Positions 54,267-63,143 of a stretch of DNA of 64,000 bases are shown one piece after another. The notes beneath the pieces are model-generated. The model ran no database searches, was not told where the DNA came from, and saw only the letters and a list, made by a program, of their open reading frames with translations. How positions within the stretch are numbered: the stretch's first letter is position 1; every line of letters starts with the position of its first letter. This DNA is from a bacterium. GTDB lineage: Bacteria; Patescibacteriota; Minisyncoccia; Phycocordibacterales; Phycocordibacteraceae. Location of the stretch: positions 20,379 through 84,378 of the forward strand of contig JAJZRL010000001.1 of NCBI GenBank assembly GCA_021802705.1. Reading direction: 5' to 3'. A program made the translations under genes and the position numbers.

Positions 54267-55730
54267 ATGGCACGAGAGACACGGCCGCCCGTCATTGCGG
54301 TGATGGGCCATATAGATCATGGGAAGTCATCGCTCCTGGACTACATCCGAAAAACGAATGTCGTCGCCGACGAGGCTGGCGGCATCACGCAGCACGTCGC
54401 CGCGTATATCGCCAAGCATGACGGCCGATCGGTCACGTTTCTCGACACGCCCGGGCACGAGGCGTTCAAGGCGCTCCGCGCGCGCGGCGCGGCAGCTGCG
54501 GATATCGCGATACTCGTCGTTGCAGCAGACGAAGGCGTGATGCCACAGACCCTCGACGCGCTTACGGCGATCAAAGAGGCGGAGATCCCGTTTATCGTCG
54601 CGATAACTAAAATCGACAAGAACAACGCGGATGTAGAGCGCGCAAAGACGTCATTGCTCGAGCATGAGATATTCCTCGAGGGAGTGGGAGGCGATGTCGC
54701 GTACGCGCCGGTATCATCGAAAACCGGCGAAGGGGTGTCGGATCTGCTTGATCTCGTCCTGCTGGCCGCCGACCTTACGGAGATAACCGCTGACCCCGCC
54801 TTGCCTGCGACCGGTTTCGTCCTCGAGTCGACACAAGACCCGAAGCGCGGGGCATCAGCGACGCTTGTCGTGAAAGACGGGACGCTCGACGTCGGGGGCT
54901 TCATCGTCGCCGGCGACGCCTACGCGCCGGTTCGTTTTATCGAAGATTTCAGGGGGAAACGTATCGAGCACGCCTACCCTTCGGAACCGGCGCACGTTTC
55001 GGGATTCAGCAAGCTGCCTCCTTCCGGCACCCTGTTCAGCATCGTAAAAAACAAAAAGGAAGCGGAAGCGCTCGCAGCAGAAGGCGCAGGGACGCTAAAA
55101 ACGAAACAGCACGAAGCAGCCAGGGACGGTATAACGCTTCCGCTCGTCGTGAAGGCGGATGTCGCGGGATCAGTCGACGCGATCGTTCATGAGCTGGCCA
55201 AAATCACGCACGAGCGCGCCTCTATCCATATCGTCGCTTCAGGTGTCGGTAACGTGTCCGAAAACGATGTTAAGGTCGCGCACGCTGCGCTCGGAATGAT
55301 TCTCGCCTTCAATGTCGGCACGGATCCCATCGCGCGAGAGCTTGCCGAACGTAACGGAGTTCAGATCCTCCCCTTCTCCATCATTTACGAGATGTCTGAA
55401 AAGATCGCAGAACTTCTCAAGGAGCGCGCGCCGAAAGTCTCGACAGAAAAAGAGCTTGGGCGTGCCACCGTAGCGCAAACGTTCTCTTCGAGCGCTAAAA
55501 AGCAGGTGCTCGGCGCGCGCTACCGTTCCGGCGTGTTTTCAGTCGGGAATCAGGTGAAGATGCTGCGCAAGGGCGTCGAGATCGCGCGCGGCAGCGTTAC
55601 GAACCTCCAGCAAGCGCGCGCGAACGTAAAGGAGATAAAGACCGAGGGCGATTTTGGCATCGAGATCGAAGCTCGTGAAAGTGCGGCACAAAATGACGAG
55701 ATCGTCGCGTTTACCGTAACGGAATCATGA
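54267..55730 (+). CDS. infB: Translation initiation factor IF-2, short form beginning directly with the G domain
   Basis: GHIDHGKSSLLD, DTPGHEAF, NKID G-motifs at residues 12-120. IF-2 C-terminal beta-barrel domains. Only 487 aa. Confidence 0.85.
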   Translation: MARETRPPVIAVMGHIDHGKSSLLDYIRKTNVVADEAGGITQHVAAYIAKHDGRSVTFLDTPGHEAFKALRARGAAAADIAILVVAADEGVMPQTLDALTAIKEAEIPFIVAITKIDKNNADVERAKTSLLEHEIFLEGVGGDVAYAPVSSKTGEGVSDLLDLVLLAADLTEITADPALPATGFVLESTQDPKRGASATLVVKDGTLDVGGFIVAGDAYAPVRFIEDFRGKRIEHAYPSEPAHVSGFSKLPPSGTLFSIVKNKKEAEALAAEGAGTLKTKQHEAARDGITLPLVVKADVAGSVDAIVHELAKITHERASIHIVASGVGNVSENDVKVAHAALGMILAFNVGTDPIARELAERNGVQILPFSIIYEMSEKIAELLKERAPKVSTEKELGRATVAQTFSSSAKKQVLGARYRSGVFSVGNQVKMLRKGVEIARGSVTNLQQARANVKEIKTEGDFGIEIEARESAAQNDEIVAFTVTES

Positions 55731-56056
55731 CAGGAACAGCTCGCCAAAAGGAAAACCGGCATACTTCCCGCGCGACCGAGGTCATCGCGCGGGAAGCTGC
55801 GCAATTCATCGCGCGGGAAGCGGGGACCGAGTCTCTCATTACCGTCATCCGCGCGGCGGCAGCGCCGCGCGGCGAGACGATCAATGTTTTCGTAAGCGTC
55901 TTCCCCGAGGAAAAATCCTCCGCGGCGCTCGCGCTGCTCTCCCGCAAACGAGAGGCGTTCTCGGATCATCTGAAATCTTATGCGCGACTGCGCCCGCTAC
56001 CGCGCGTCGACTTCCTCCTTGATAACCGCGAACGATTAGACGAAGCGGGACAATAG
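55727..56056 (+). CDS. rbfA: Ribosome-binding factor A
   Basis: ATGA overlap with infB stop (classic infB-rbfA order). KH-like pattern RATEVIAREAAQFI...ITVIRAAAAPRGETINVFVSVF. Confidence 0.6.
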   Translation: MTGTARQKENRHTSRATEVIAREAAQFIAREAGTESLITVIRAAAAPRGETINVFVSVFPEEKSSAALALLSRKREAFSDHLKSYARLRPLPRVDFLLDNRERLDEAGQ

Positions 56057-56074
56057 TCGTACTATCTTCAACAA

Positions 56075-56147
56075 GGCCCGGTGGTGAAGTGGTAACACGA
56101 CGATCTGCAAAATCGTTATTGCGCGGGTTCGATTCCCGCCCGGGCCT
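56075..56147 (+). tRNA. tRNA-Cys (anticodon GCA)
   Basis: GGCCCGGTGGTGAAGTGGTAACAC...loop CTGCAAA...GGTTCGATTCCCGCCCGGGCCT. Confidence 0.8.
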
Positions 56148-56157
56148 CTCGTGCGAT

Positions 56158-56246
56158 GCCGAGGTGGCGGAATGGTAGACGCACCGGGCTTAAAACCCGG
56201 AGATGGCCTAAAAACCTTCATGTGGGTTCGAGTCCCACCCTCGGTA
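56158..56246 (+). tRNA. tRNA-Leu (anticodon TAA), long variable arm; G1:U72
   Basis: GCCGAGGTGGCGGAATGGTAGACGC...loop CTTAAAA...long V-arm...GGTTCGAGTCCCACCCTCGGTA. Confidence 0.75.
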
Positions 56247-56262
56247 CTCTCTTCGATTCCGG

Positions 56263-56335
56263 TGCGCCTACCTGGGCTCGAACCAGGGACCGTCTCCTTA
56301 AGAGGGAGCTGCTCTACCGACTGAGCTATAGGCGC
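56263..56335 (-). tRNA. tRNA-Lys (anticodon CTT)
   Basis: GCGCCTATAGCTCAGTCGGTAGAGC...loop CTCTTAA...GGTTCGAGCCCAGGTAGGCGCA. Confidence 0.75.
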
Positions 56336-56387
56336 GGAACGTGAGCACGTAAGAGAAATATAGCAGAACGTAGTATCGTTTCAATAT

Positions 56388-56469
56388 GCTGGGGTGGCGA
56401 AACCGGTAGACGCACGAGCCTTAGGAGCTCGCGGGGCAACCCATGGAGGTTCGAGTCCTCTCCCCAGCA
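56388..56469 (+). tRNA. tRNA-Leu (anticodon TAG), long variable arm
   Basis: GCTGGGGTGGCGAAACCGGTAGACGC...loop CTTAGGA...GGTTCGAGTCCTCTCCCCAGCA. Confidence 0.75.
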
Positions 56470-56551
56470 CCTTGACTTTTATATGTTTTTGTGAGATGCT
56501 TAAAGCGGAAAGAAGTTCGTTCCATCTTCAAACTTCGATAGGAGAAACATC

Positions 56552-57706
56552 ATGGTTCTATTGCTATCACTGCTTCTAGCGTTTGCCGTACTCGCCATGA
56601 TGGTCCCGGGAATCCTTTTCTTCCTGCAGTGGCTTGCGGAGGAGAATATCCTCTTCACCACCGTGAAGGAAGGTACCGCGAAGGCCATCGTGCGCAGTAC
56701 GCGCGGCAACTCTTCGTTCAGCCGCCTCATCATGTCCTTCGCCGGATATCATCTGAATGCTTCGAAGAGCACATGGTATCGCGACGGATTTCCCGACTGG
56801 GAAGTCCTTTACCACGGCAAAGGTAATGGGAACGGATTCCCCGAAACTGACGATGAACATTATGACCGCCGATCGCGGCTGCTGAAGCATCTCGGCTTAT
56901 ACTGGGTCGGATGGCCCTGGGCCGAAAGCGTGTACGTGTATCAGTTCGAGTGGAACGAGACCTACACGAACGATCAGGGGAAAGAGGAGGTGCTTCCGCG
57001 CGCCAAAGCGACCGATTTCATCTATATCGCCGATTTCACCTATGCCATCGTAACGGAAGGCGCCGAAACAAAGGATCGTCTTTCGACCGACGAGCTCACG
57101 CTCGTGACGGTCGCGATACGGAATCCCTACCGTGCGCTTTTCAGCGGAGAAGATTGGATGCGGCGTATCACGGCCGCGATCAATCGCCATGTCCGGAATT
57201 TTGTCGGGAATCAAGTCTACAAAGACCTCATCTCCTCGACAGATTGGACGGCGTTCTCCGCTCCCGTTATCGAGCTCAATGCAAAACTGCCGGACGACAA
57301 GGACGGCACTTCTCCTTGCGGATTGCTCGGCCGGTACGGCGTAGAGATACGCACGGCCGACCTGCAGACCATCGAGCTCTCCGGAGAAGGAAAGAAACAG
57401 CATCAAGAAGCCGCGACGAGAGAATATGTCGCGGGACAGAATGCGGAAGCGGAACGCATCCTCGGGAGAGCGAAGGCGGATGTCGTCGAAATGATGGGAG
57501 AAAAAGAGGCCTCTGCCCTTCACAAACGGCTGGAGGTTATCAAGGAACACGGCCGCGCCGGCGAGCTCCTCGCTCAGCTTGATGCAATACAGGAGTCTTC
57601 AAAAGGGGCAGGCAACACGATCGTATGGGCGAATAATCCGTTCGTGGCGCTTGCAGAAACTTTGAAATCCGGGAGATCCGAAACGAAAGAAGGAGGTGAG
57701 AAATGA
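56552..57706 (+). CDS. SPFH/band-7 (stomatin/prohibitin-like) membrane protein
   Basis: N-terminal TM then FTTVKEGTAKAIVRSTRG... SPFH core. Ala/Glu-rich C-terminal helix (AEAERILGRAKADV...) typical of the family. AGGAGA SD. Confidence 0.5.
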   Translation: MVLLLSLLLAFAVLAMMVPGILFFLQWLAEENILFTTVKEGTAKAIVRSTRGNSSFSRLIMSFAGYHLNASKSTWYRDGFPDWEVLYHGKGNGNGFPETDDEHYDRRSRLLKHLGLYWVGWPWAESVYVYQFEWNETYTNDQGKEEVLPRAKATDFIYIADFTYAIVTEGAETKDRLSTDELTLVTVAIRNPYRALFSGEDWMRRITAAINRHVRNFVGNQVYKDLISSTDWTAFSAPVIELNAKLPDDKDGTSPCGLLGRYGVEIRTADLQTIELSGEGKKQHQEAATREYVAGQNAEAERILGRAKADVVEMMGEKEASALHKRLEVIKEHGRAGELLAQLDAIQESSKGAGNTIVWANNPFVALAETLKSGRSETKEGGEK

Positions 57707-58485
57707 ACGTGCTCTTGGCACTTTCCGTGGTGCTTATCATCCCGCTCGCCTTTGTCGTCATGCTCGTCATCATTCGGACGGGAAGGCCGCACTCCAGGAA
57801 GATGGCCGAAGAGCAAGGGCATCTGAACGTGAAAATAGGAGGGAGCAGCAATAGGGCCGCATACCCTCCTTCAACAGAGGGTTACGGTAAAGGGCTCAAA
57901 TGGTTTGGCGCGTGGCTCAAAAAGCTCGGCTCAAACCTGTGGTTTACGCTACTTGTCATCGCAGGTTGCGTGATCGCATACGAAGGGCTCTACGGCTCGG
58001 CTATAAAGAGCCCGCGGCCGAGCGAAGTCGGGATCTGGAGCTGGCAGCACTGGCTTCCGCTCCTTATCTTTTGGGGTATCCTTGCCACTCTCATCGCGCT
58101 TGGCGCGACGAAAGAGTGGAAGAAGACGCTCCAGAAGACAGTGGCGGCCGTCATGCTGACGCTTCTCGCGGGAGCCCTCATCATGAGCGGCGGACCTGCG
58201 GCGGTAGTCACCAGTGCAATGCCTTATCGCGACAACGTCGTCGGAAACCCGGGAGTGCTGATCATACCGCCGAAAGGAAGATCGAAGCTCGTCTCTGTTC
58301 CGCCTGGAACGCGTCTCGTGATGGTCGGAGAGGGGTTTGTCAACCATACCGTGTACAGTGATGGCCGCGATTGCGCTTTTGACGGGAACCCGTGTCCAAA
58401 CGGCGACGTCGTGGGGAGTTATGCGGTAAACGAAACGAACGAGACAAATACCGTTTCGTATACTTTCGCTCCAATCTACCCGTAG
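57703..58485 (+). CDS. Membrane protein co-transcribed with SPFH gene (possible NfeD-like partner with C-terminal beta domain)
   Basis: ATGA start/stop overlap with the upstream gene. Four or more TM helices then a Gly/Pro-rich beta-type C-terminal segment. The NfeD assignment is inference only. Confidence 0.35.
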   Translation: MNVLLALSVVLIIPLAFVVMLVIIRTGRPHSRKMAEEQGHLNVKIGGSSNRAAYPPSTEGYGKGLKWFGAWLKKLGSNLWFTLLVIAGCVIAYEGLYGSAIKSPRPSEVGIWSWQHWLPLLIFWGILATLIALGATKEWKKTLQKTVAAVMLTLLAGALIMSGGPAAVVTSAMPYRDNVVGNPGVLIIPPKGRSKLVSVPPGTRLVMVGEGFVNHTVYSDGRDCAFDGNPCPNGDVVGSYAVNETNETNTVSYTFAPIYP

Positions 58486-58511
58486 TTCCTTCGGATGATC
58501 TTTGAACGCAA

Positions 58512-58546
58512 AGACCGCACAGCAACTGTGCGGTCTTTTTCTTTTT
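58512..58546. terminator. Strong hairpin terminator, usable in both directions
   Basis: AGACCGCACAG-CAA-CTGTGCGGTCT followed by TTTTTCTTTTT on plus. Lies 20 nt beyond the end of the minus-strand pilin operon. Confidence 0.55.
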
Positions 58547-58565
58547 CCTGCTTACAGGCCGTTTC

Positions 58566-58856
58566 TTACGGCGAAGCGGTAGTAGAGGGGGGCGAAAACT
58601 TTTGTATCGGCGGAAGATTGAAGGAACCGAGAACGGTATTGACGATGCCGTATGCGCCGAAGATTATCACGAGCCCGATGATGCCCCAGAGGATAGCCCG
58701 TCGGCCGCTCCTGCGCTTTTCTTCGTCCCCGGCATTCGCAATGAACTCGAACACTCCCCAAACGAATACGACGAACGCGCCACCGGCTAAGAGAAGGATG
58801 ATCGGATTGACGATCTGCGTAACGACGTTTGCGAGAAACGCGTTAAGAACGGACAT
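58566..58856 (-). CDS. VirB2/TrbC-like pilin-family small membrane protein, paralog 1 (96 aa)
   Basis: Two hydrophobic helices separated by basic loop (…AGDEEKRRSGRRAILWGIIGLVIIFGAYGIV). Start overlaps the upstream stop (TAATG). Confidence 0.45.
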   Translation of the reverse strand: MSVLNAFLANVVTQIVNPIILLLAGGAFVVFVWGVFEFIANAGDEEKRRSGRRAILWGIIGLVIIFGAYGIVNTVLGSFNLPPIQKFSPPSTTASP

Positions 58857-59236
58857 TACGGCTTGACTTGTACACCCGTCTGCGGTGTTCCGCCAGTCGG
58901 TCCGGTGTTATTTCCGAACGTAACGGTTCCCGTAAGGATATTCACGAGACCCCAGATCGAAACCATGACAAAGAAACCGATAAGACCCCAGAGCATGAGG
59001 TTCTTCCCTTTCTCTTTCACTTCTCCGGAATTCGCGCCGAGAATAAAAGTAGTGAATGCACCCCACAGGAAGACGATGAATGCCACCGCGAAAAGCACCG
59101 GGACAATGACATTATTGATCAGGTTGATTACGAACGACCCGACGTCGGAGACATTGCTCAGCGTCTGCGCCGATGAAATGAGCGGCAAGGCGAATGCGGA
59201 AAGCGTTAGCGAAGTAAATGCGAGGACTTTTTTCAT
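58856..59236 (-). CDS. VirB2/TrbC-like pilin-family protein, paralog 2 (signal peptide, 126 aa)
   Basis: MKKVLAFTSLTLSAFALPLISSA signal, then ...NSGEVKEKGKNLMLWGLIGFFVMVSIWGLV. The internal Met at 59236 is preferred over the track start 59395. Confidence 0.45.
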   Translation of the reverse strand: MKKVLAFTSLTLSAFALPLISSAQTLSNVSDVGSFVINLINNVIVPVLFAVAFIVFLWGAFTTFILGANSGEVKEKGKNLMLWGLIGFFVMVSIWGLVNILTGTVTFGNNTGPTGGTPQTGVQVKP

Positions 59237-59316
59237 AAAGTGAATAAACGGATAATGGTGTAATTGTAACTTCCCTACACTGCCGGTCAACGGCGAGCCG
59301 GTGACCGTGTGGATAA

Positions 59317-59622
59317 CTAAAGCGTCGGATAGGCCGGCGCCGATCCGCCGGGGGAAAGATTGAGCGTGCTGCCGACGATGCCGACGAGCCCCCACACCGA
59401 CAGGATGACGACGAAACCGATGACGCCATAAAGGATAAATTTCCTACCCGTAGCGCGTTCGGTATCGCTCGCCGCGCCCAGGAAAAAATACCGGTACACG
59501 CCGAGGAAAAAGGTGAAGAGCGCGAGCGCCATCAAGATGGGCATCAGGATGCCGTTGATGATGTTCACGATGCTTGTGGCGTACCCTTGCAGGTATATCG
59601 TGTTGATGCCGGTAGTACCCAT
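59317..59622 (-). CDS. VirB2/TrbC-like pilin-family protein, paralog 3
   Basis: ...ASDTERATGRKFILYGVIGFVVILSVWGLVGIV shares the same two-helix architecture. Confidence 0.45.
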   Translation of the reverse strand: MGTTGINTIYLQGYATSIVNIINGILMPILMALALFTFFLGVYRYFFLGAASDTERATGRKFILYGVIGFVVILSVWGLVGIVGSTLNLSPGGSAPAYPTL

Positions 59623-59647
59623 AATTTGAATCGCGTTATTCTGCTAA

Positions 59648-60130
59648 TCAATACGACGTTGGGAGCGGCGGCGCGCTGTAACCGGCGAGCCCGAAGGTAT
59701 TCGCAACCACGTTTACGAGGCCCCACAAAGACACCATCACGACGAAACCGATGATGCCCCAGAGGATAAGCTTGTGTCCGCGCTCTGTTTTCGCCGGATC
59801 GCCGCGGGAAAAGATGTACGCATCAGCGACACCGAAAAGAAACACGAGAAAGGCGATCGCGAAAAGAAGAGGGACCAGGACGGAGTTGATGATCGCGAGG
59901 ATGGTGACCGCAACCTGGCAGATATTATTCGAGCCGCAGGCAAAGGCGTTCGTCCCCGCTCCCGACCCCCATCCGATCTGGAAATTCCCGTTATTGAAGT
60001 AGAAGCCGTTTGATGAAAAAGACGTATAGGAACCCGGACTGGAGATGGTAACGCCTGCAAACGCGAAAGACGGTGACACAAACACTATGACCGCTATAAG
60101 GAAGGAGACGGATCGTGCGACTGATTTCAT
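59648..60130 (-). CDS. VirB2/TrbC-like pilin-family protein, paralog 4 (signal peptide + extra Gly/Ser/Asn-rich N-terminal segment)
   Basis: MKSVARSVSFLIAVIVFVSPSFAFA signal. ...RGDPAKTERGHKLILWGIIGFVVMVSLWGLVNVV. Confidence 0.45.
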   Translation of the reverse strand: MKSVARSVSFLIAVIVFVSPSFAFAGVTISSPGSYTSFSSNGFYFNNGNFQIGWGSGAGTNAFACGSNNICQVAVTILAIINSVLVPLLFAIAFLVFLFGVADAYIFSRGDPAKTERGHKLILWGIIGFVVMVSLWGLVNVVANTFGLAGYSAPPLPTSY

Positions 60131-60152
60131 ATACGGAAAGTATGACACGGTC

Positions 60153-60422
60153 TTATGGCGATGGCGCAATGCCGAGCGTGGATAACATGATATTCACGAC
60201 CCCCCAGATAGCAAAGAGCAGCACCATGGCGAGAATACCCCATAGGATGAAATAGCGCCCCTCTTTCCGTTTCACTTCATTCCCGCCGTTAAGGAAGAAG
60301 TGGTCGACGACGCCCCAGATGAAAGCGATGAATGCGAACGCAAAGATGACCGGTATCACAACCGTATTGAAGACGCCGATGATGCCGGTCGTTCCGTTTC
60401 CGACGAACTGGGCGAAAGTCAT
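60153..60422 (-). CDS. VirB2/TrbC-like pilin-family protein, paralog 5
   Basis: ...NGGNEVKRKEGRYFILWGILAMVLLFAIWGVVNI. ATG 60422 abuts the upstream stop (TGATATG), which supports this start over 60467. Confidence 0.45.
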   Translation of the reverse strand: MTFAQFVGNGTTGIIGVFNTVVIPVIFAFAFIAFIWGVVDHFFLNGGNEVKRKEGRYFILWGILAMVLLFAIWGVVNIMLSTLGIAPSP

Positions 60423-60423
60423 A

Positions 60424-61224
60424 TCAACTGCCGACCGAAAGCGCCTGCACGGTCGCCTGGATGCCAAGCGCTATAGCCTCCGCGCCAAGAAGGATCAGGG
60501 CGCCGATGAGCGTATAGAGAAGCGCTCGCCTCGCCTCGCTTATCTTCCCCGGTTCGCCGCGTGCGACAATAAAAAGGAATCCGACGTAGACGAGCATGAA
60601 GATGACGATGATGGAGCCTATCTGCACGACAAACTGCAAGATGTCATTTAGAAGCGCGGGGAGGCTCGTACCGGCGCCAAGCGGATTGATAAGAGTAACA
60701 TTCTGCCCGGTGTTGCCGCCGCTCGATTGCGAGGAATTTCCGCCGCTCGATTGAGTCGTCGGCGATGGCGTGGACGGCGTATAAGCTGAACAGTAAAGAG
60801 ATCCGAATGCGGATTGGCATATGCCCGTAGTCCCGCTGCTCGTCACGCAGGAGGCGCCGATACTTGTGCACGTTGTCTGCGAAACTGAACCCGAGAGCGT
60901 GGTGAAAGACGCGCAGTAAAGAATCCCATTGGACGACTGGCACACGCCGGCAGCCCCGCTGCTCGTGGTGCACGAGTCGCCGGCGTTCATACACAAGGAG
61001 GACGTATTGCTGTTTGAGGTATTGCCTCCTCCTGATGACGAAGGGGACTGTGCCGGAAGGCAGACGTTTGCAGGATTGAGCGCGTTATCGCTTCCGCAGA
61101 CGCCCGATGCGCAGGCGCTGTTTGATATACAGGGTGTGCCGACGTCTTGATACCCCGCAAATGCCACCGGAGCAAACGCTAAAAAAGCGAAGAGGACGAA
61201 GGAGGCGGAACGTGAGGTTGCCAT
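60424..61224 (-). CDS. Secreted Cys-rich triple-repeat protein fused to C-terminal VirB2/TrbC-like pilin module
   Basis: Signal peptide. Three about 32-aa repeats with pattern C-x6-C-x(8-10)-G-x-CQS-x-x-G-x-LYC (8+ Cys). Ser/Gly linker. C-terminal two-helix module LQFVVQIGSIIVIFMLVYVGFLFIVARGEPGKISEARRALLYTLIGALILLG. Confidence 0.45.
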   Translation of the reverse strand: MATSRSASFVLFAFLAFAPVAFAGYQDVGTPCISNSACASGVCGSDNALNPANVCLPAQSPSSSGGGNTSNSNTSSLCMNAGDSCTTSSGAAGVCQSSNGILYCASFTTLSGSVSQTTCTSIGASCVTSSGTTGICQSAFGSLYCSAYTPSTPSPTTQSSGGNSSQSSGGNTGQNVTLINPLGAGTSLPALLNDILQFVVQIGSIIVIFMLVYVGFLFIVARGEPGKISEARRALLYTLIGALILLGAEAIALGIQATVQALSVGS

Positions 61225-61226
61225 TT

Positions 61227-62531
61227 TTATCGCAAGAGCGGATTGAGAGCGTTTTCAGCAGAAATAAGCGCAACATTCAGAGTCGAACCGCCGCTTATCA
61301 CGCTTCCAATCATACTTGAGAAAACGCGATCCGTATCCCCTGGCGTTGGGGACAACCATCCGTTCGCGTAAAGCGCTTCGGCATAAGAAACTGCCGCGAC
61401 AGGATCATTCGAGGGGATGGTCGCGAGCGCACTTAGGGTTGCCGGCGCGAGCCCTGTCGCAGCGGCAGCGACGTTTTGTCCGGGAGTGCTCGTAAGGAGG
61501 AGCGCTGCCTGATACGCTCCCGCCGGATTTTTAGCGCCGCGCGGGATCATAAAAGCGTAGACAAGACCGTAGGCGCTCTTTACGGGAGCCGTGGCCGGTT
61601 GCGGCAGAGGAGTCACGTTGAAATCGAGGTTCGGATTCGCCGCGCTCAGGAAGCGCGCTTCCGAAGCGAAGCCGAGATACAGTGCGAGGTCGCCCGAAAG
61701 GAAGGCCTGTTGCGAATCCGGCAACGAGGGATTCCAGGTATAAGAAACCTTCGAGGGATCGGCAAACTGCGTATAGAAGCCGAGTACGGCCTGCCCCGGG
61801 GGGACCGTGCTTGAATTTGCCTGACCGAGGTTTGCGGAAAGGATGTCGTTACCCGTATACGAAGAGATCGGTACGCCCTCCTGGAGGAAGAGGGCGGAAA
61901 GTATGCCGCGAGCGTCATGTACGTTGTCGTATGTCCCAAGAGCGATGAGACCGCGGGTAACCTGTTGCGTCGGGGTGAGAAGCGCGACCTGCGGCACGAG
62001 ACCCGTCAGCGCCTCCCACGTCGAAGGCGGGCTCGCGATACCGTCGGAAGAAAGGATGGAACGGTTCGAGAAAAGAACGAGCGGATCGACGAGGAACGGG
62101 ATGCCGTAATAACCGGCGCCGCCCGGTATGGTGAAAAGGTTCCCTTCTCCGACGAAGGAGCTCTGGAACGTGTGTACCGAAAGCGAAGAGAACGGTATCG
62201 GAACGATGAATTTCTTGAGCGAAAGCAGGTCCTCTTGCGAGGAGAGGATGAGGTCGGGCGCATTGCCGGTCGCTATCGCGGTGGCGAGGTCGGTTGAGAG
62301 CGTTTCGGGGTCCTTCTGCACGTACGAGATGTTCTTGAACGCGGTATTGGACTTCGTCGCGCTCGTGAGGACAGCGTCCATGCCGCTCTTCGGCAGCGTC
62401 CCCCATATGACGACATTGCCGACGGTATTGTTGGTGCTATGGCTCGTATAGGTCGCGAAGATGAAAAGACCGATAAGGGCGCTCACGCCGAAAGCGCCGA
62501 ATAAGATACTTTGGAATAAAGATATTTTCAT
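61227..62531 (-). CDS. Extracellular solute-binding protein (ABC-type, family-1/sugar-like), solitary
   Basis: N-terminal TM/signal. VVIWGTLP...GNAPDLIL...periplasmic binding protein fold pattern. No permease/ATPase genes adjacent. Confidence 0.5.
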   Translation of the reverse strand: MKISLFQSILFGAFGVSALIGLFIFATYTSHSTNNTVGNVVIWGTLPKSGMDAVLTSATKSNTAFKNISYVQKDPETLSTDLATAIATGNAPDLILSSQEDLLSLKKFIVPIPFSSLSVHTFQSSFVGEGNLFTIPGGAGYYGIPFLVDPLVLFSNRSILSSDGIASPPSTWEALTGLVPQVALLTPTQQVTRGLIALGTYDNVHDARGILSALFLQEGVPISSYTGNDILSANLGQANSSTVPPGQAVLGFYTQFADPSKVSYTWNPSLPDSQQAFLSGDLALYLGFASEARFLSAANPNLDFNVTPLPQPATAPVKSAYGLVYAFMIPRGAKNPAGAYQAALLLTSTPGQNVAAAATGLAPATLSALATIPSNDPVAAVSYAEALYANGWLSPTPGDTDRVFSSMIGSVISGGSTLNVALISAENALNPLLR

Positions 62532-63064
62532 GGGGCAGTAAAGATGATGCCGTAATGGTGCGGCCCTGCGCGAAATGACTTCACCTTATGGAAACCGCCG
62601 TTAATAAAGAGATCCTCGGCTTCGTGTTCGGAAACGACCTTGTCGGACGCCGGCCCCATGCCGCCGTAACTGCCGGCCCAATCGACGAGCATGAGCTTGC
62701 CGTCCGGTTTTAACACGCGTTTTATTTCTTCAAGAAGGCCCAGGCGGTTCTCGATCTGGAAAAGCGTATTGGCAAGGATGATCGCGTCAAGCGTATCGTC
62801 GCGCAGGTGCGTACCGCCGGGTTTTTCGATATCACCCCAGAGCGTCTCGATGACATGCCGATGATGGTCATGCGTATTGAGCTTCAGGTGCTTGAGAACG
62901 TCTTCCTGCACGTCGACCGCATAGACTTTTCCGCTTTCTCCGACGATGCCGGCTGCCGCGCGCGCATAATGGCCGCTGCCGGCGCCGAAATCACCAACCT
63001 TCATGCCTTCGTGTAGCCCGAGCTGCAGCACATTCTCACGCGGGTCGCTGAAATGGGCACTCAT
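62528..63064 (-). CDS. Class I SAM-dependent methyltransferase
   Basis: Motif I VGDFGAGSGHYARAAA. Motif post-I VYAVDVQ. LKPDGKLMLVDW. Confidence 0.75.
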   Translation of the reverse strand: MSAHFSDPRENVLQLGLHEGMKVGDFGAGSGHYARAAAGIVGESGKVYAVDVQEDVLKHLKLNTHDHHRHVIETLWGDIEKPGGTHLRDDTLDAIILANTLFQIENRLGLLEEIKRVLKPDGKLMLVDWAGSYGGMGPASDKVVSEHEAEDLFINGGFHKVKSFRAGPHHYGIIFTAP

Positions 63065-63143
63065 GATTCTTATAAAATACCACAGGTAAATCGCGCTAGC
63101 GCCGCGAAATCAACATGTGAGCGATTCAGACGAGAATGACGTT

